Assembly (NCBI GenBank): GCA_050949315.1
Contig: JBMNFL010000001.1
Location: 901,888-965,887, forward strand
Length of the DNA: 64,000 nt
Direction: 5' to 3'
Source of the DNA: Bacilli bacterium
GTDB lineage: Bacteria; Bacillota_I; Bacilli_A; RFN20; UBA1709
Part shown: positions 8,729 through 17,950 of the stretch, one piece after another
Layout: each line of letters opens with the position of its first letter
How positions within the stretch are numbered: the stretch's first letter is position 1
Program-made: the position numbers and the translations under genes
The notes under the pieces: generated by a model
What the model was told of the DNA's origin: nothing
The model's database searches: none
What the model saw: only the letters and a program-made list of their open reading frames with translations

Positions 8729-9832
8729 ATGCCATTAACAGCGGGAATAGTTGGTTTGCCAAATGTTGGAAAATCCACCCTTTTTAATGCCATTACTTCT
8801 TCAAGTGTTATCGCTGAAAACTATCCTTTTGCTACTATTACGCCTAATACGGGGATCGTTGAAGTTAAAGATTATCGTCTAAACTTTTTGACTAAACTTT
8901 TTAAATCGGCGAAGACGATAGCCGCCACTTTTGAATTTCGGGATATTGCTGGCTTAGTAAAAGGGGCTTCTAAGGGTGAGGGGTTAGGCAATCAGTTTTT
9001 AGCTAATATTCGCGAGACTGATGCCATTTGTCATGTGGTTCGTTGTTTTGAAAATGCGGCCATTATTCATGTTGATGGCAGCATTGATCCTCTTAGAGAT
9101 GTAGAGACAATTGATATTGAGTTAATTATGGCGGATTTAGAAAGTGTTGAGAAACGTTTGAGTCGGATTGAAACTAAGGCCCGCCTTCAAAAAGAGGGAG
9201 AGGCGCTTATTGAATATAACCTTTTAAGTAAGATAAAAGAGAAACTATTAAAAATGCAACCAGCTCGCAGTCTACCTTTTAGCGAAGCGGAGGCAAGTCT
9301 GATGCGCTCCTTTCAACTCTTAACCGCAAAACCTGTTATTTTGATTGCTAACCTAGGGGAAGAAGATATTGTTAATCCTAAGGCCAATAAATATTATCAA
9401 GTTTTAGAAAGTGTCGCTCAGAAAGAAGGGGCTGAATTAGTAGCTATCTGTGCCCAAGTAGAAGCGGATATAGTTTCTCTTAGTCCAGAAGATAAGGATA
9501 CGTTTTTAAAAGAACTTGGCTTGCAAGAGAGCGGCCTTGATAAACTCACGCATGCTGCTTATAGTCTATTGGGTTTAAAGACTTTCTTTACCGTTGGGTC
9601 AAAAGAGAGTAGGGCCTGGACTTTTAAAAGTGGAAGTAAGGCTCCTGTTTGCGCAGGCATTGTCCATTCAGATTTTGAACGTGGTTTTATTAAAGCCGAG
9701 ATTTATAGTTTTGAAGATTTAGTAAAATACGGCAGTGAGCAAGCCGTTAAAGATAAAGGACGATTAAGAATAGAAGGGAAGGATTATATCGTTCAAGATG
9801 GCGATATTGTCCATTTTAGGTTTAATGTGTAA
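8729..9832 (+). CDS. ychF: Ribosome-binding ATPase YchF/Ola1
   Basis: GIVGLPNVGKSTLFNAIT G1 motif. C-terminal TGS-like region. 367 aa. Confidence 0.9.
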   Translation: MPLTAGIVGLPNVGKSTLFNAITSSSVIAENYPFATITPNTGIVEVKDYRLNFLTKLFKSAKTIAATFEFRDIAGLVKGASKGEGLGNQFLANIRETDAICHVVRCFENAAIIHVDGSIDPLRDVETIDIELIMADLESVEKRLSRIETKARLQKEGEALIEYNLLSKIKEKLLKMQPARSLPFSEAEASLMRSFQLLTAKPVILIANLGEEDIVNPKANKYYQVLESVAQKEGAELVAICAQVEADIVSLSPEDKDTFLKELGLQESGLDKLTHAAYSLLGLKTFFTVGSKESRAWTFKSGSKAPVCAGIVHSDFERGFIKAEIYSFEDLVKYGSEQAVKDKGRLRIEGKDYIVQDGDIVHFRFNV

Positions 9833-10722
9833 TGAAAAGAAAAGTAGGTTTAGTTTTAGGTGGAGGCGGCGCTAAAGGCGCCTATCAAGTCGGCGTTTAT
9901 AAGGCTTTACGCGATCATGGGCTTATCGATGAAATAAAGGCTATTTCTGGCACTTCAATCGGTGCGCTAAACTTAGCCCTTTTAGCCTTGCAAGAAGTTG
10001 ATCAAGCTGCGGAGATTTGGCTCAGCCTTACCAAGAGAAAAGTTTTGACTCTTAAGCATTGGAAAGAGTATTTAGATTTCAAGAATTTTAGTGTTCTTTC
10101 GCGTAAGGGAATGCTAGAAATTTTTAGTAGTGAAATTGATTTTAAACGCGTCAGTGATTGTAAGATTCCACTTTATGTCTGTGCCACTAATCTTAGAGAT
10201 AATGTTGGTGAAACCTTTAAATTAAATGGGCTCAGTGAAGAAGAGATTATTGATCGTCTTTCCGCTTCTAGCGCTATCCCCACCGTTTTCCCCAACGTTG
10301 AGATCAATGGCATCCGTTATATGGATGGCTATCTGTATGATAATGTGCCGATTAATAGTCTAGTGGTAAATGAAGGTTGCAATTTTTTATATGTTGTTCC
10401 CTTAAGCGCCTTTCATTTTCCTAAGCCTGAAGATTACCCTAATCAAACTCTAATTGTCTTTGATGAACCGGCTTTTGATGACTTAAAACTCTGGGATGGG
10501 ACTTTGAGTTTTGGCCATGCTGTTGCTAAGTACCGCTTAGAATTAGGTTATGACAATGCGATGCGTCTTATTAATTATTTAAGACAAAAAGGGCTTATTT
10601 ATAAGACTAGAAAAGAGAAGGTTAGACGCCTATTTTCTGTCCTTACCAGGCGAACAAAAAAGCTTAAAAAATATTATTCTGTCAGTGGTTTAGATCCCGT
10701 GATTAAAGAGGAAAAAGAATAG
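9832..10722 (+). CDS. Patatin-like phospholipase
   Basis: GGGGAKG oxyanion motif, GTSIG nucleophile elbow, DGY Asp motif. ATGA overlap with the ychF stop. Confidence 0.8.
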   Translation: MKRKVGLVLGGGGAKGAYQVGVYKALRDHGLIDEIKAISGTSIGALNLALLALQEVDQAAEIWLSLTKRKVLTLKHWKEYLDFKNFSVLSRKGMLEIFSSEIDFKRVSDCKIPLYVCATNLRDNVGETFKLNGLSEEEIIDRLSASSAIPTVFPNVEINGIRYMDGYLYDNVPINSLVVNEGCNFLYVVPLSAFHFPKPEDYPNQTLIVFDEPAFDDLKLWDGTLSFGHAVAKYRLELGYDNAMRLINYLRQKGLIYKTRKEKVRRLFSVLTRRTKKLKKYYSVSGLDPVIKEEKE

Positions 10723-11529
10723 ATGGATTGGATAGAATTTTTAAAATACATCCTATTAGGAATTGTACAAGGAGCCTGTGAAATTTTACCGATTTCTTCT
10801 AGTGGGCATTTGGTTTTAGCATATGCCCTTTTGGGCTTTGAAGAAGTTAATTTAGCCTTCTCAGTTTTCTTACATTTTGCTTCTTTAATTGCGGCTTTAA
10901 TCTTTTTAAGAAAACAAGTTTGGCGTATTTTAAAAGGCAGCGCACTTTACCTTTTTAAAAAGGATCAAGAACAGAAAAACAATTTTCACTATCTTTTACT
11001 TTTAATTATAAGTACAGCTGTCACGGCTGTTATCGGCCTTATATTTAAAGATCAAATGGCCAAACTTAGTTCAGTTGCTTTTGTTGGTATAGCCTTGATA
11101 ATAAACGGATTTTGGATTTTAATTTTCGATCATTTAAAGGGGGAAAGAAGAATAGATGATCTTCCCTTGTGGAAAGCTTTAATAATTGGCCTTGGGCAGG
11201 GGGTAGGCGTTTTACCAGGCATCTCTCGCAGTGGAGCAACTATAGGCACATCTATCTGTGTTGGACTCAAAAAAGAAGATGCCGCCGAATACGCTTTCTT
11301 ACTATTTCTTCCTATAACTTTAGGAGCCACTATTTTAGAGGTTCAAGATTTATTGACCGTTGATAAAAATTTAATTCCGGCGTATATTGCAGGTTTTGTT
11401 TTAGCTTTCTTAACCACCTATTTGGCCTTGGTTTTCTTCTTAAAAATTATTCGTAAACGCCGTTTATTACCTTTCGCTATTTATTGTTTTATTGTGGGCT
11501 TAACGGCGACTCTGGTGGCTTTTTTATAA
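10723..11529 (+). CDS. uppP: Undecaprenyl-diphosphate phosphatase (UppP/BacA)
   Basis: ILPISSSGHL and GISRSGATI signature motifs. Polytopic membrane protein, 268 aa. Confidence 0.9.
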   Translation: MDWIEFLKYILLGIVQGACEILPISSSGHLVLAYALLGFEEVNLAFSVFLHFASLIAALIFLRKQVWRILKGSALYLFKKDQEQKNNFHYLLLLIISTAVTAVIGLIFKDQMAKLSSVAFVGIALIINGFWILIFDHLKGERRIDDLPLWKALIIGLGQGVGVLPGISRSGATIGTSICVGLKKEDAAEYAFLLFLPITLGATILEVQDLLTVDKNLIPAYIAGFVLAFLTTYLALVFFLKIIRKRRLLPFAIYCFIVGLTATLVAFL

Positions 11530-12040
11530 TTTTATATAAGCGCGGGTAACTTATATAGATTACAAGACAATAAACACAGGCAAAAGCTAGTGAAAACGCA
11601 AAGCGAAGGGCGATAGTCCCCACGGTTAAAGACAAAGGATAATCAAAAATCAAAGAATCTAGATAAAGGGCACAAGAATTAATGGCCGTAACACAAAGAG
11701 AAGTTGTAAAGGTAATAAGTATTACCTTTTTTAAATTGAAATTATCCTTTATTAGATATTTAGACATTAGACCGCTAAGAAAGCCCCAAAAAATGGGAGC
11801 AATCATCCAAAGAGCGGTAGTATAACTAAGACCATAAAAGAGCATTTGACTGATAAAACCAACAACCGCTCCCGCTAAAGCGCCCACCCAAGGGCCAAAT
11901 AAAAAGCCCGCTAAAAGTAAGGGTAACCCATAGATAGTAAATTTAGAAATATTAGAGCGGACACTAATAACATCTAAAATCAGTGACAGGGCCGCCATAC
12001 TAGCCGCCACCGCCATTTTATAAGTTTTTGAACTTTTCAT
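11489..12040 (-). CDS. folT: ECF-transporter substrate-specific (S) component, FolT-like (folate family)
   Basis: 183-aa protein with 5-6 TM segments typical of ECF S-components. Preceded by an AGGAGG Shine-Dalgarno and a THF-riboswitch-like leader. No adjacent ecfA/ecfT genes. Confidence 0.6.
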   Translation of the reverse strand: MKSSKTYKMAVAASMAALSLILDVISVRSNISKFTIYGLPLLLAGFLFGPWVGALAGAVVGFISQMLFYGLSYTTALWMIAPIFWGFLSGLMSKYLIKDNFNLKKVILITFTTSLCVTAINSCALYLDSLIFDYPLSLTVGTIALRFAFSLAFACVYCLVIYISYPRLYKIIKKPPESPLSPQ

Positions 12041-12044
12041 TGAA

Positions 12045-12160
12045 AAAGACCTCCTTTTAAGAGGTCCGCATAACAGCGGACGCGTTAGAAAACCGCCACT
12101 TAGTGTTCGCGCTAACGCAACTTCCCATCATTAGCTACTTTACGCTTTCTAACTACTCTG
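12045..12160 (-). promoter_or_regulatory. Probable THF (tetrahydrofolate) riboswitch with an RBS-sequestering hairpin
   Basis: The minus-strand leader reads AGAGUAGUUAG...GCGUAAAGU...UGGGAAG...UGCGUUAGCGCG...CGCGUCCGCUG. These match conserved THF-aptamer blocks (GAGUAG, GCGUUAAGU, GGGAUG, GCGCGG). The hairpin GACCUCUUAAAAGGAGGUC pairs the AGGAGG Shine-Dalgarno immediately before the ATG. A -10 TTATAAT lies at 12170-12176 (minus). Confidence 0.5.
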
Positions 12161-12244
12161 TTTTCTCTAATTATAAGGGAAGTTAGTTAAAAGTGTTACA
12201 AAAAAATAAAAATAATTTATAATAGGCACAAGGGAGAAGTAAAA

Positions 12245-12904
12245 ATGGTAACAAATGAATGGCAAGCGATTATTGATAAGGAAATCGCCCAACCTTATTT
12301 TCAAAAGTTAAAAAGTTTTATTAAAGAAGAATATGCGACCAAACGCATTTATCCTCGCGGGAAAAATATTTTTCGGGCCTTTGAGTTAACCGATTTTTCG
12401 GAAGTTAAAGTGGTGATTATCGGTCAAGATCCTTATCACAACGAAGGACAAGCTCACGGCCTTTGTTTTTCAGTGCCCGACAAGCAAGCCATTCCTCCAA
12501 GTTTGAAAAACATCTATCAAGAATTAAAGGATGACGTAGGTTGTTCAATTCCTTCTAGTGGTAATCTTGAAAAGTGGGCTAAGCAAGGAGTTTTATTGTT
12601 AAATGCGGTTTTAACTGTCGTTGCCCATCGTCCCTTATCTCATAGTAATAAGGGCTGGGAAATTTTTACCGAGAATATTATCAGAGTTTTAAACGATGAT
12701 GATAGACCGAAAGTCTTTCTTTTATGGGGCGCCTATGCGAAAAAGAAGAAACTTCTACTCACAAATCCTAGGCATTTAGTTTTAGAAGCTAATCATCCCT
12801 CCCCCTTATCGGCTTACCGAGGCTTTTTTGGTTGCAAGCACTTTTCTAAGACTAATGCTTTTTTGATAGCAAATAAACGCCAGCCAATTGATTGGCAACT
12901 TTAA
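12245..12904 (+). CDS. ung: Uracil-DNA glycosylase (family 1)
   Basis: GQDPYH water-activating motif and HPSPLS leucine-loop motif. 219 aa. Confidence 0.9.
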   Translation: MVTNEWQAIIDKEIAQPYFQKLKSFIKEEYATKRIYPRGKNIFRAFELTDFSEVKVVIIGQDPYHNEGQAHGLCFSVPDKQAIPPSLKNIYQELKDDVGCSIPSSGNLEKWAKQGVLLLNAVLTVVAHRPLSHSNKGWEIFTENIIRVLNDDDRPKVFLLWGAYAKKKKLLLTNPRHLVLEANHPSPLSAYRGFFGCKHFSKTNAFLIANKRQPIDWQL

Positions 12905-12914
12905 ACGTGTTAGA

Positions 12915-13002
12915 ATAAGCGCGGGAGCTCACGATATGGGCTGAGAGTATCGTATTTGCGATAGACCGATATACCTGATCTAGATAATGCTAGCGGAGGA
13001 AA
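12915..13002 (+). promoter_or_regulatory. TPP (thiamine pyrophosphate) riboswitch
   Basis: GGGAGCUC...GGGCUGAGAGU...ACCGAUAUACCUGAUCUAGAUAAUGCUAGCGGAGGAAAG. This contains the canonical CUGAGA and ACCUGAUCUAGAUAAUGCUAGCG THI-box blocks. The expression platform overlaps the Shine-Dalgarno of the downstream S-component gene. Confidence 0.85.
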
Positions 13003-13006
13003 GAAT

Positions 13007-13591
13007 ATGAACATCAGAATCAGACAGATGACTGAAACCGCTATTTTGATTGCTTTAGCGGTTTTATTAGATTTATTATTCAAAGCAATACCAATTTTAA
13101 AGATGCCTACCGGTGGGAGTTTTTCACTAACAATGCTACCACTTATAATTAACGGTTATCGCAACGGCCTTAAATGGGGCATAATTAGTGGTCTTGCCTA
13201 TGCTGTTATCAATTTTGCTCTTGATGGCTATTATTGGCATTGGGGTTCAATTGTTTTTGATTATCTCTTGGCCTTTGGTTTACTGGGCTTAACAGGGTTA
13301 TTTAAAAATCTTGGGCGAAGAAAACCCATCTATATTTTTGGGATTATTTTTGTTTGTTTTTTACGTTATCTTTGCCATAGTTTGAGCGGAGTTATCTTTT
13401 TTAGTTCTTATGCTGAAGATTGGTTTACTGAAAACCCAACCTCCTTTGCCTACGGCTCAGTTTTCCTTTATTCCTTTGTTATTTACAACGGTCCTTATAT
13501 GTTAGCCAACACTATTGGCTGTTTAATTGCATCTTTAGCGCTTTATCGCTTTATTTATCCAGTCAAGAAGGTGTATAATGGCAACAAGTAG
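13007..13591 (+). CDS. thiT: ECF-transporter S component of the thiamine family (ThiT-like)
   Basis: 194-aa protein with 6 TM segments. It sits immediately downstream of the TPP riboswitch. W/G-rich loops are typical of ThiT. Confidence 0.7.
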   Translation: MNIRIRQMTETAILIALAVLLDLLFKAIPILKMPTGGSFSLTMLPLIINGYRNGLKWGIISGLAYAVINFALDGYYWHWGSIVFDYLLAFGLLGLTGLFKNLGRRKPIYIFGIIFVCFLRYLCHSLSGVIFFSSYAEDWFTENPTSFAYGSVFLYSFVIYNGPYMLANTIGCLIASLALYRFIYPVKKVYNGNK

Positions 13592-13665
13592 GTGGTGTAT
13601 TTAGAAAAGTCGAGCGAAAAGGCTCATCTTCGGTCAAATGGGACTATCATGTCCAAGGAGATCAA

Positions 13666-14754
13666 GTGCCTTTTACTATAGCTGATAGTGATTATGCTTC
13701 GCCCAAGTGCATCTTAAATGCTTTAACAAAAAGAGTTAAGGCCGGGCACTTTGGCTATAGTAAAAATGGTGATGATTATTTAGAGGCGATTAAAAATTGG
13801 TATCATAAAAAGCACGCTTGTGAAATTCAAAGCAAATGGGTTCTACCCACCAGTAACGTTTTAACAGCATGTAAAATTGCTCTTGAAAGCATTGGTTACC
13901 GAGGAGACCGAGTTATTATCATGCCTCCAGTTTATAGTTCTTTTTATAATTTACTAGAAAATCTTGAACGGAAAATAGTCTGTTGTGATTTAATAAATGA
14001 TAATGAAAAATACCGAATTGATTTTGTTAAACTTGAAGAACTATTTAAGCGGGGGAATCATATCTTGCTTTTATGCAGTCCGCACAACCCAGTTGGCCGT
14101 GTCTGGCGTAGAGATGAACTTGAAAAACTATCCGAATTATGCGCTAAATATTCGGTGACAATTATAAGTGATGAGATTCATTCAGATTTCATTTTAGGTT
14201 CTAATAAATTCATATCTATGCTTGAATTTAATGAGGTACACCGCCAACTTTATGTTTTATCAGCTCCAACCAAAACCTTTAGTCTTGCCGGTTTACTCTC
14301 AGCATATCTAATTGTTCCTGATGAGAATAATCGTAACTCTTGTCAAAAGACTTTGACGCGCAATTGTTGCTCAGTTGTAAATATCCTAGCCGCAACAGCA
14401 ACTAAGGAAGCTTATACCAATCCTGAAGCCTTTGAATGGGTTCAAAAACAAAACGAGCATATCTTAAAAAATTATCAAACGGTTAAAGAATATCTAGCTA
14501 AATACTTACCTGAGGCAAAACTACCAGAGCAAGAAGGAACCTATGTTCTTTGGCTTAACTTAAAGTGTTTAGATAAATCTTCAGCAGAAATTGTTGATCT
14601 TTTAGCTAAGGGTGGGGTTTTAGTCAATTCAGGAAAAAGTTATGGGGCCGATTATGATGGTTATATTCGTTGGTGCGTTGCTTGTTCGCAAAAGCAATTA
14701 AAAGAGGGTTTAAAAAGATTTGTTCGGGTTTTAGGAGCAGGTAAAAAAAGGTAA
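13666..14754 (+). CDS. patB: PLP-dependent C-S lyase of the MalY/PatB (cystathionine beta-lyase) aminotransferase family. The called start truncates a conserved N-terminus (see findings).
   Basis: Motifs IIMPPVYSSFY, LLLCSPHNPVGRVW, SDEIHSDFIL and SAPTKTFSLAGL (PLP-Lys region). The in-frame upstream peptide FRKVERKGSSSVKWD matches the PatB N-terminal FDKREERLG..SVKWD but has no canonical start codon. Confidence 0.8.
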   Translation: MPFTIADSDYASPKCILNALTKRVKAGHFGYSKNGDDYLEAIKNWYHKKHACEIQSKWVLPTSNVLTACKIALESIGYRGDRVIIMPPVYSSFYNLLENLERKIVCCDLINDNEKYRIDFVKLEELFKRGNHILLLCSPHNPVGRVWRRDELEKLSELCAKYSVTIISDEIHSDFILGSNKFISMLEFNEVHRQLYVLSAPTKTFSLAGLLSAYLIVPDENNRNSCQKTLTRNCCSVVNILAATATKEAYTNPEAFEWVQKQNEHILKNYQTVKEYLAKYLPEAKLPEQEGTYVLWLNLKCLDKSSAEIVDLLAKGGVLVNSGKSYGADYDGYIRWCVACSQKQLKEGLKRFVRVLGAGKKR

Positions 14755-14776
14755 AGGGTTGAAAAACCCTTTATAA
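14753..14776 (+). terminator. Rho-independent terminator after patB
   Basis: Stem AAAGGGTT, loop GAAAA, stem AACCCTTT, then ATAATTTT. It overlaps the -35 of the next promoter. Confidence 0.55.
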
Positions 14777-14787
14777 TTTTGTAGAAT
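14759..14787 (+). promoter_or_regulatory. Sigma-A-type promoter for the yebC-like gene
   Basis: TTGAAA (14759-14764), a 17-nt spacer, then TAGAAT (14782-14787). Confidence 0.5.
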
Positions 14788-14814
14788 ATAAACGCCTATG
14801 AAAGGAAGGATATT

Positions 14815-15537
14815 ATGGGACGAGCGCATGAAGTTAGAAAAGCCGCGATGGCTAAAACCGCTGCTGCTAAGACCAAAGTTTATTCAAAATTTGGCAAAGA
14901 AATTTTAATAGCAGCTAAAGGCGGCGTTCCTGATCCTGAAATGAACCTCATCTTAAGAAGGGTGATTGAAAGAGCAAAGAAAGCTCAAGTACCAGCCGAT
15001 ATCATCAAAAGAGCAATTGATCGTGCTAAATCGGGGACGAGTGAGGACTATAGTGCCCAAACTTATGAAGCCTTTGGTCCAGGGGCCGCCACTTTGATTA
15101 TTGAGTGTTTGACTGATAATGTTAATCGAACGGTTAGTGATGTTCGTTCAGCGCTAACGAAGAACCAATGCAAGATGGGAGTGACCGGTAGTGTCTCACA
15201 TGGTTATGACTATGTTTCCATTGTTTCTTGTAAGGGTGTGAGCGAAGATCAGGTATTAGAAGTATTATTGATGGCGGATCTAAACATAAAGTCGGTTGAA
15301 AGCGTTGATGATGAGGTTGAAATCTATGGAGAGGCGACAGATTTATATAATATCAAGACGGCTTTAGAAGAGGCGTATCCTGATATTCAGATCGGAACCG
15401 AAGAATTGAGTTATGTTCCTATTAATGAAGAGTACACTAGTCTTGAAGGTGATGATAGAATGTATTTTGAAAGATTATTGACGATGTTAGAGGAATTAGA
15501 TGACGTGCAAGAGGTTTATCATAACGTCGAACTGTAG
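14815..15537 (+). CDS. YebC/PmpR (TACO1) family probable transcriptional regulator, YeeN-like
   Basis: N-terminal MGRAHEVRKAAMAKTAAAKTKVYSKFGKEI...GGVPDPEMNLILRRVIERAKKAQVP is typical of the family. 240 aa. Confidence 0.85.
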   Translation: MGRAHEVRKAAMAKTAAAKTKVYSKFGKEILIAAKGGVPDPEMNLILRRVIERAKKAQVPADIIKRAIDRAKSGTSEDYSAQTYEAFGPGAATLIIECLTDNVNRTVSDVRSALTKNQCKMGVTGSVSHGYDYVSIVSCKGVSEDQVLEVLLMADLNIKSVESVDDEVEIYGEATDLYNIKTALEEAYPDIQIGTEELSYVPINEEYTSLEGDDRMYFERLLTMLEELDDVQEVYHNVEL

Positions 15538-15671
15538 CAAAGCCCAAGTTAAAGAAAGGACAATTATTTGTCCAATTTTCGGTTGAACTTAGGCTAGAGG
15601 GATTTAAAATCGAAAGTTATAAATAGGTGGGCTAGCCTTCCTATTTTTATTTCATAAAGGAGGGATCTTCG

Positions 15672-16646
15672 TTGAAGAAAGTCGTCTCATTTACCAAAGT
15701 CGTTAAAGAAGAAGTCTCTCTTTACGAGGGTTGGGAAGTTGCTGATTATCGAGCTTTGTTATCAAGTTTTATTAAGATAAACGGTCATTTATTGCTGCGC
15801 AACAATGAATGGTTGATTTTTATTCGCAGTGAAAACATTAAAGTTGCTAAACTAATTATTAAGTTATTAAAAAAACTTTATCCCGAAAGTCAACAACGCA
15901 TCATTATCAGCGAGAAAAAGAAACTTCGGGTAAATAGTGATAACAAGGTTGTTAATATTGAGGTGCAAAATGGAGTCAAAGAAATTCTAAAAGAATTAGC
16001 GATTTATAGTGAAGAAAAGGGTTTTACCCTTTTACCAGCCATGTCTTATTTTAAAAACATGGAGATGCGGAAAGCTTATTTAGCAGGAGCCTTTCTTGCT
16101 AGTGGGAGTGTAAATTCTCCGCAAACCAAAAATTATCATTTAGAAATCGCGGTTGAGACTAAGACGTTAGCGACTTACCTTCAAAGGTTATTGAAAAAGT
16201 TCTATCTGGAAGCCAAACTCATCAAAAGACGCAAACAAATTGTGGTCTATCTTAAGAAGAGTGATCAAATAGCTGATTTTTTGAAGATGATTGGCGCTTG
16301 GAATAGTTTGCTTCATTACGAAGGAATAAGGATCCAACGCGATCAGTATAACTCGCTTAATCGCCTTTATAACTGTGAGATTGCTAATGAAAGGCGGGCT
16401 TTAGAAAAAGGCAATGAGCAGGCCGCTTTGATTGACTGGTATGCCAGCAAAATTGGTTTAGAAAAATTAGATCCCCCTTTAAGAATAGTAGCGGAAGCTA
16501 GACTTAGTAATCCTGATGCCACCTATTTAGAGTTAACCGATTACATTCGGAAAAATAAAGGTGTTAGCTTATCAAAATCCGGCTTGTCTTACCGTTTAAC
16601 TAAATTAATCAATGAATTAGAGACACTGAAAGGAATAAGAAAATGA
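15672..16646 (+). CDS. whiA: DNA-binding protein WhiA
   Basis: N-terminal FTKVVKEEVS, a LAGLIDADG-like core (YLAGAFLASGSV) and a C-terminal HTH. TTG start with an AAGGAGGG Shine-Dalgarno. Confidence 0.85.
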   Translation: MKKVVSFTKVVKEEVSLYEGWEVADYRALLSSFIKINGHLLLRNNEWLIFIRSENIKVAKLIIKLLKKLYPESQQRIIISEKKKLRVNSDNKVVNIEVQNGVKEILKELAIYSEEKGFTLLPAMSYFKNMEMRKAYLAGAFLASGSVNSPQTKNYHLEIAVETKTLATYLQRLLKKFYLEAKLIKRRKQIVVYLKKSDQIADFLKMIGAWNSLLHYEGIRIQRDQYNSLNRLYNCEIANERRALEKGNEQAALIDWYASKIGLEKLDPPLRIVAEARLSNPDATYLELTDYIRKNKGVSLSKSGLSYRLTKLINELETLKGIRK

Positions 16647-16855
16647 AAAAAACAGTTGAACAAATCTTTGGAGAAAGAGTTAGAAGTTTAAGAATGATTG
16701 CTAAAATTTCACAAGAAGAATTAGCCTTTCGGGCGGATTTGAATCGCAACTATATCTCTGATATAGAATGTGGTCGTCGCAATGTTTCTTTAAAGTCCAT
16801 TGAGAAAATCGCTAAAGGGCTAAACGTCAGTATTGACGCTTTGTTTATTGAGTAA
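16643..16855 (+). CDS. XRE-family helix-turn-helix transcriptional regulator (70 aa)
   Basis: LRMIAKISQEELAFRADLNRNYISDIECGRRNVSLKSIEKIAKGLNV is a Cro/C1-type HTH. ATGA overlap with the whiA stop. Confidence 0.75.
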   Translation: MKKTVEQIFGERVRSLRMIAKISQEELAFRADLNRNYISDIECGRRNVSLKSIEKIAKGLNVSIDALFIE

Positions 16856-16870
16856 AAGGAGTTGATATTG

Positions 16871-17950
16871 ATGGATGAAAAGATGATTGAAAGATTGGAA
16901 ACAATTCTCAAACGGTCAATATATTTAGAAAAAATGATGCAACTACCAAGTGTGGCTGAAGATTTTCAGCGTTATAAACTCTACGCTAAAGAACACACTA
17001 ATCTTGAAGAAATTGCTAGTGCTTATAAGAAATATAAAGAGGCCTGTCAAGCTAGAGAGGATGCTTTAATATTAGAAAAGGATAACGATCCTGCCATTTC
17101 TAAACTAGCGAAAGAAGAACTGGAAAAAGCGGAAGAAAAAGTAGCTAAATTAACCGAAGAACTTCAATTTTTACTGCTTCCTAAAGACCCCAATGATGAG
17201 AAGAATATCATTATGGAAATTCGTGGGGCAGCTGGCGGGGATGAAGGTAATATTTTCGCAGGCGATCTATTAAGGATGTATGGCAAGTATTGTGATGCCA
17301 AAGGCTGGCATTATGAGATGGTTGATTATAATGAAAGTGCCGCTGGGGGTTTTGCTTTCGTTTCGATAATGATTAAAGGTAAGCGCGTTTATTCTGAGTT
17401 AAAGTATGAATCCGGGGCCCATCGAGTTCAAAGGGTACCAAAGACCGAGGCTTCTGGTCGTATCCATACTTCAACAGCGACGGTGATCGTCATGCCTGAA
17501 GCCGATGAAGTCGATGTTCAAATTAATCCAGCGGAATTACAAATTGACACTTATCGTGCTAGTGGAGCGGGTGGGCAACATATCAATAAAACTGATTCAG
17601 CTGTTCGTATAACCCACATTCCTAGTGGAATAGTCGTAACTTGTCAAGATGGCCGCTCCCAAATTGAAAACCGTGAGAAGGCCATGGCTGTTTTAAGGAC
17701 ACGCCTTTACGATAAGATGAAAGAAGAGGATGAATTAGCTAGGGGAGCTGAGCGACGTTCCAAGATTGGAACAGGCGATCGCAGTGAAAAGATTAGAACA
17801 TATAATTATCCTCAAAATCGGGTAACCGATCATCGAATTGGTTTAAGTTTGCAACAATTGGATCGCATAATGGAAGGGGATCTTTCTACTCTATTAAGTG
17901 CTCTAATTAATGAGGACCAAAGACGCAAACTTCTGGGGCAAAGTTTATAA
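16871..17950 (+). CDS. prfA: Peptide chain release factor 1
   Basis: [20 protein letters not shown] (GGQ) and [14 protein letters not shown] (PxT tripeptide-anticodon region). The ORF track starts at TTG 16862. The ATG at 16871 lies 9 nt after an AAAGGAG Shine-Dalgarno. Confidence 0.9.
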   Translation: MDEKMIERLETILKRSIYLEKMMQLPSVAEDFQRYKLYAKEHTNLEEIASAYKKYKEACQAREDALILEKDNDPAISKLAKEELEKAEEKVAKLTEELQFLLLPKDPNDEKNIIMEIRGAAGGDEGNIFAGDLLRMYGKYCDAKGWHYEMVDYNESAAGGFAFVSIMIKGKRVYSELKYESGAHRVQRVPKTEASGRIHTSTATVIVMPEADEVDVQINPAELQIDTYRASGAGGQHINKTDSAVRITHIPSGIVVTCQDGRSQIENREKAMAVLRTRLYDKMKEEDELARGAERRSKIGTGDRSEKIRTYNYPQNRVTDHRIGLSLQQLDRIMEGDLSTLLSALINEDQRRKLLGQSL

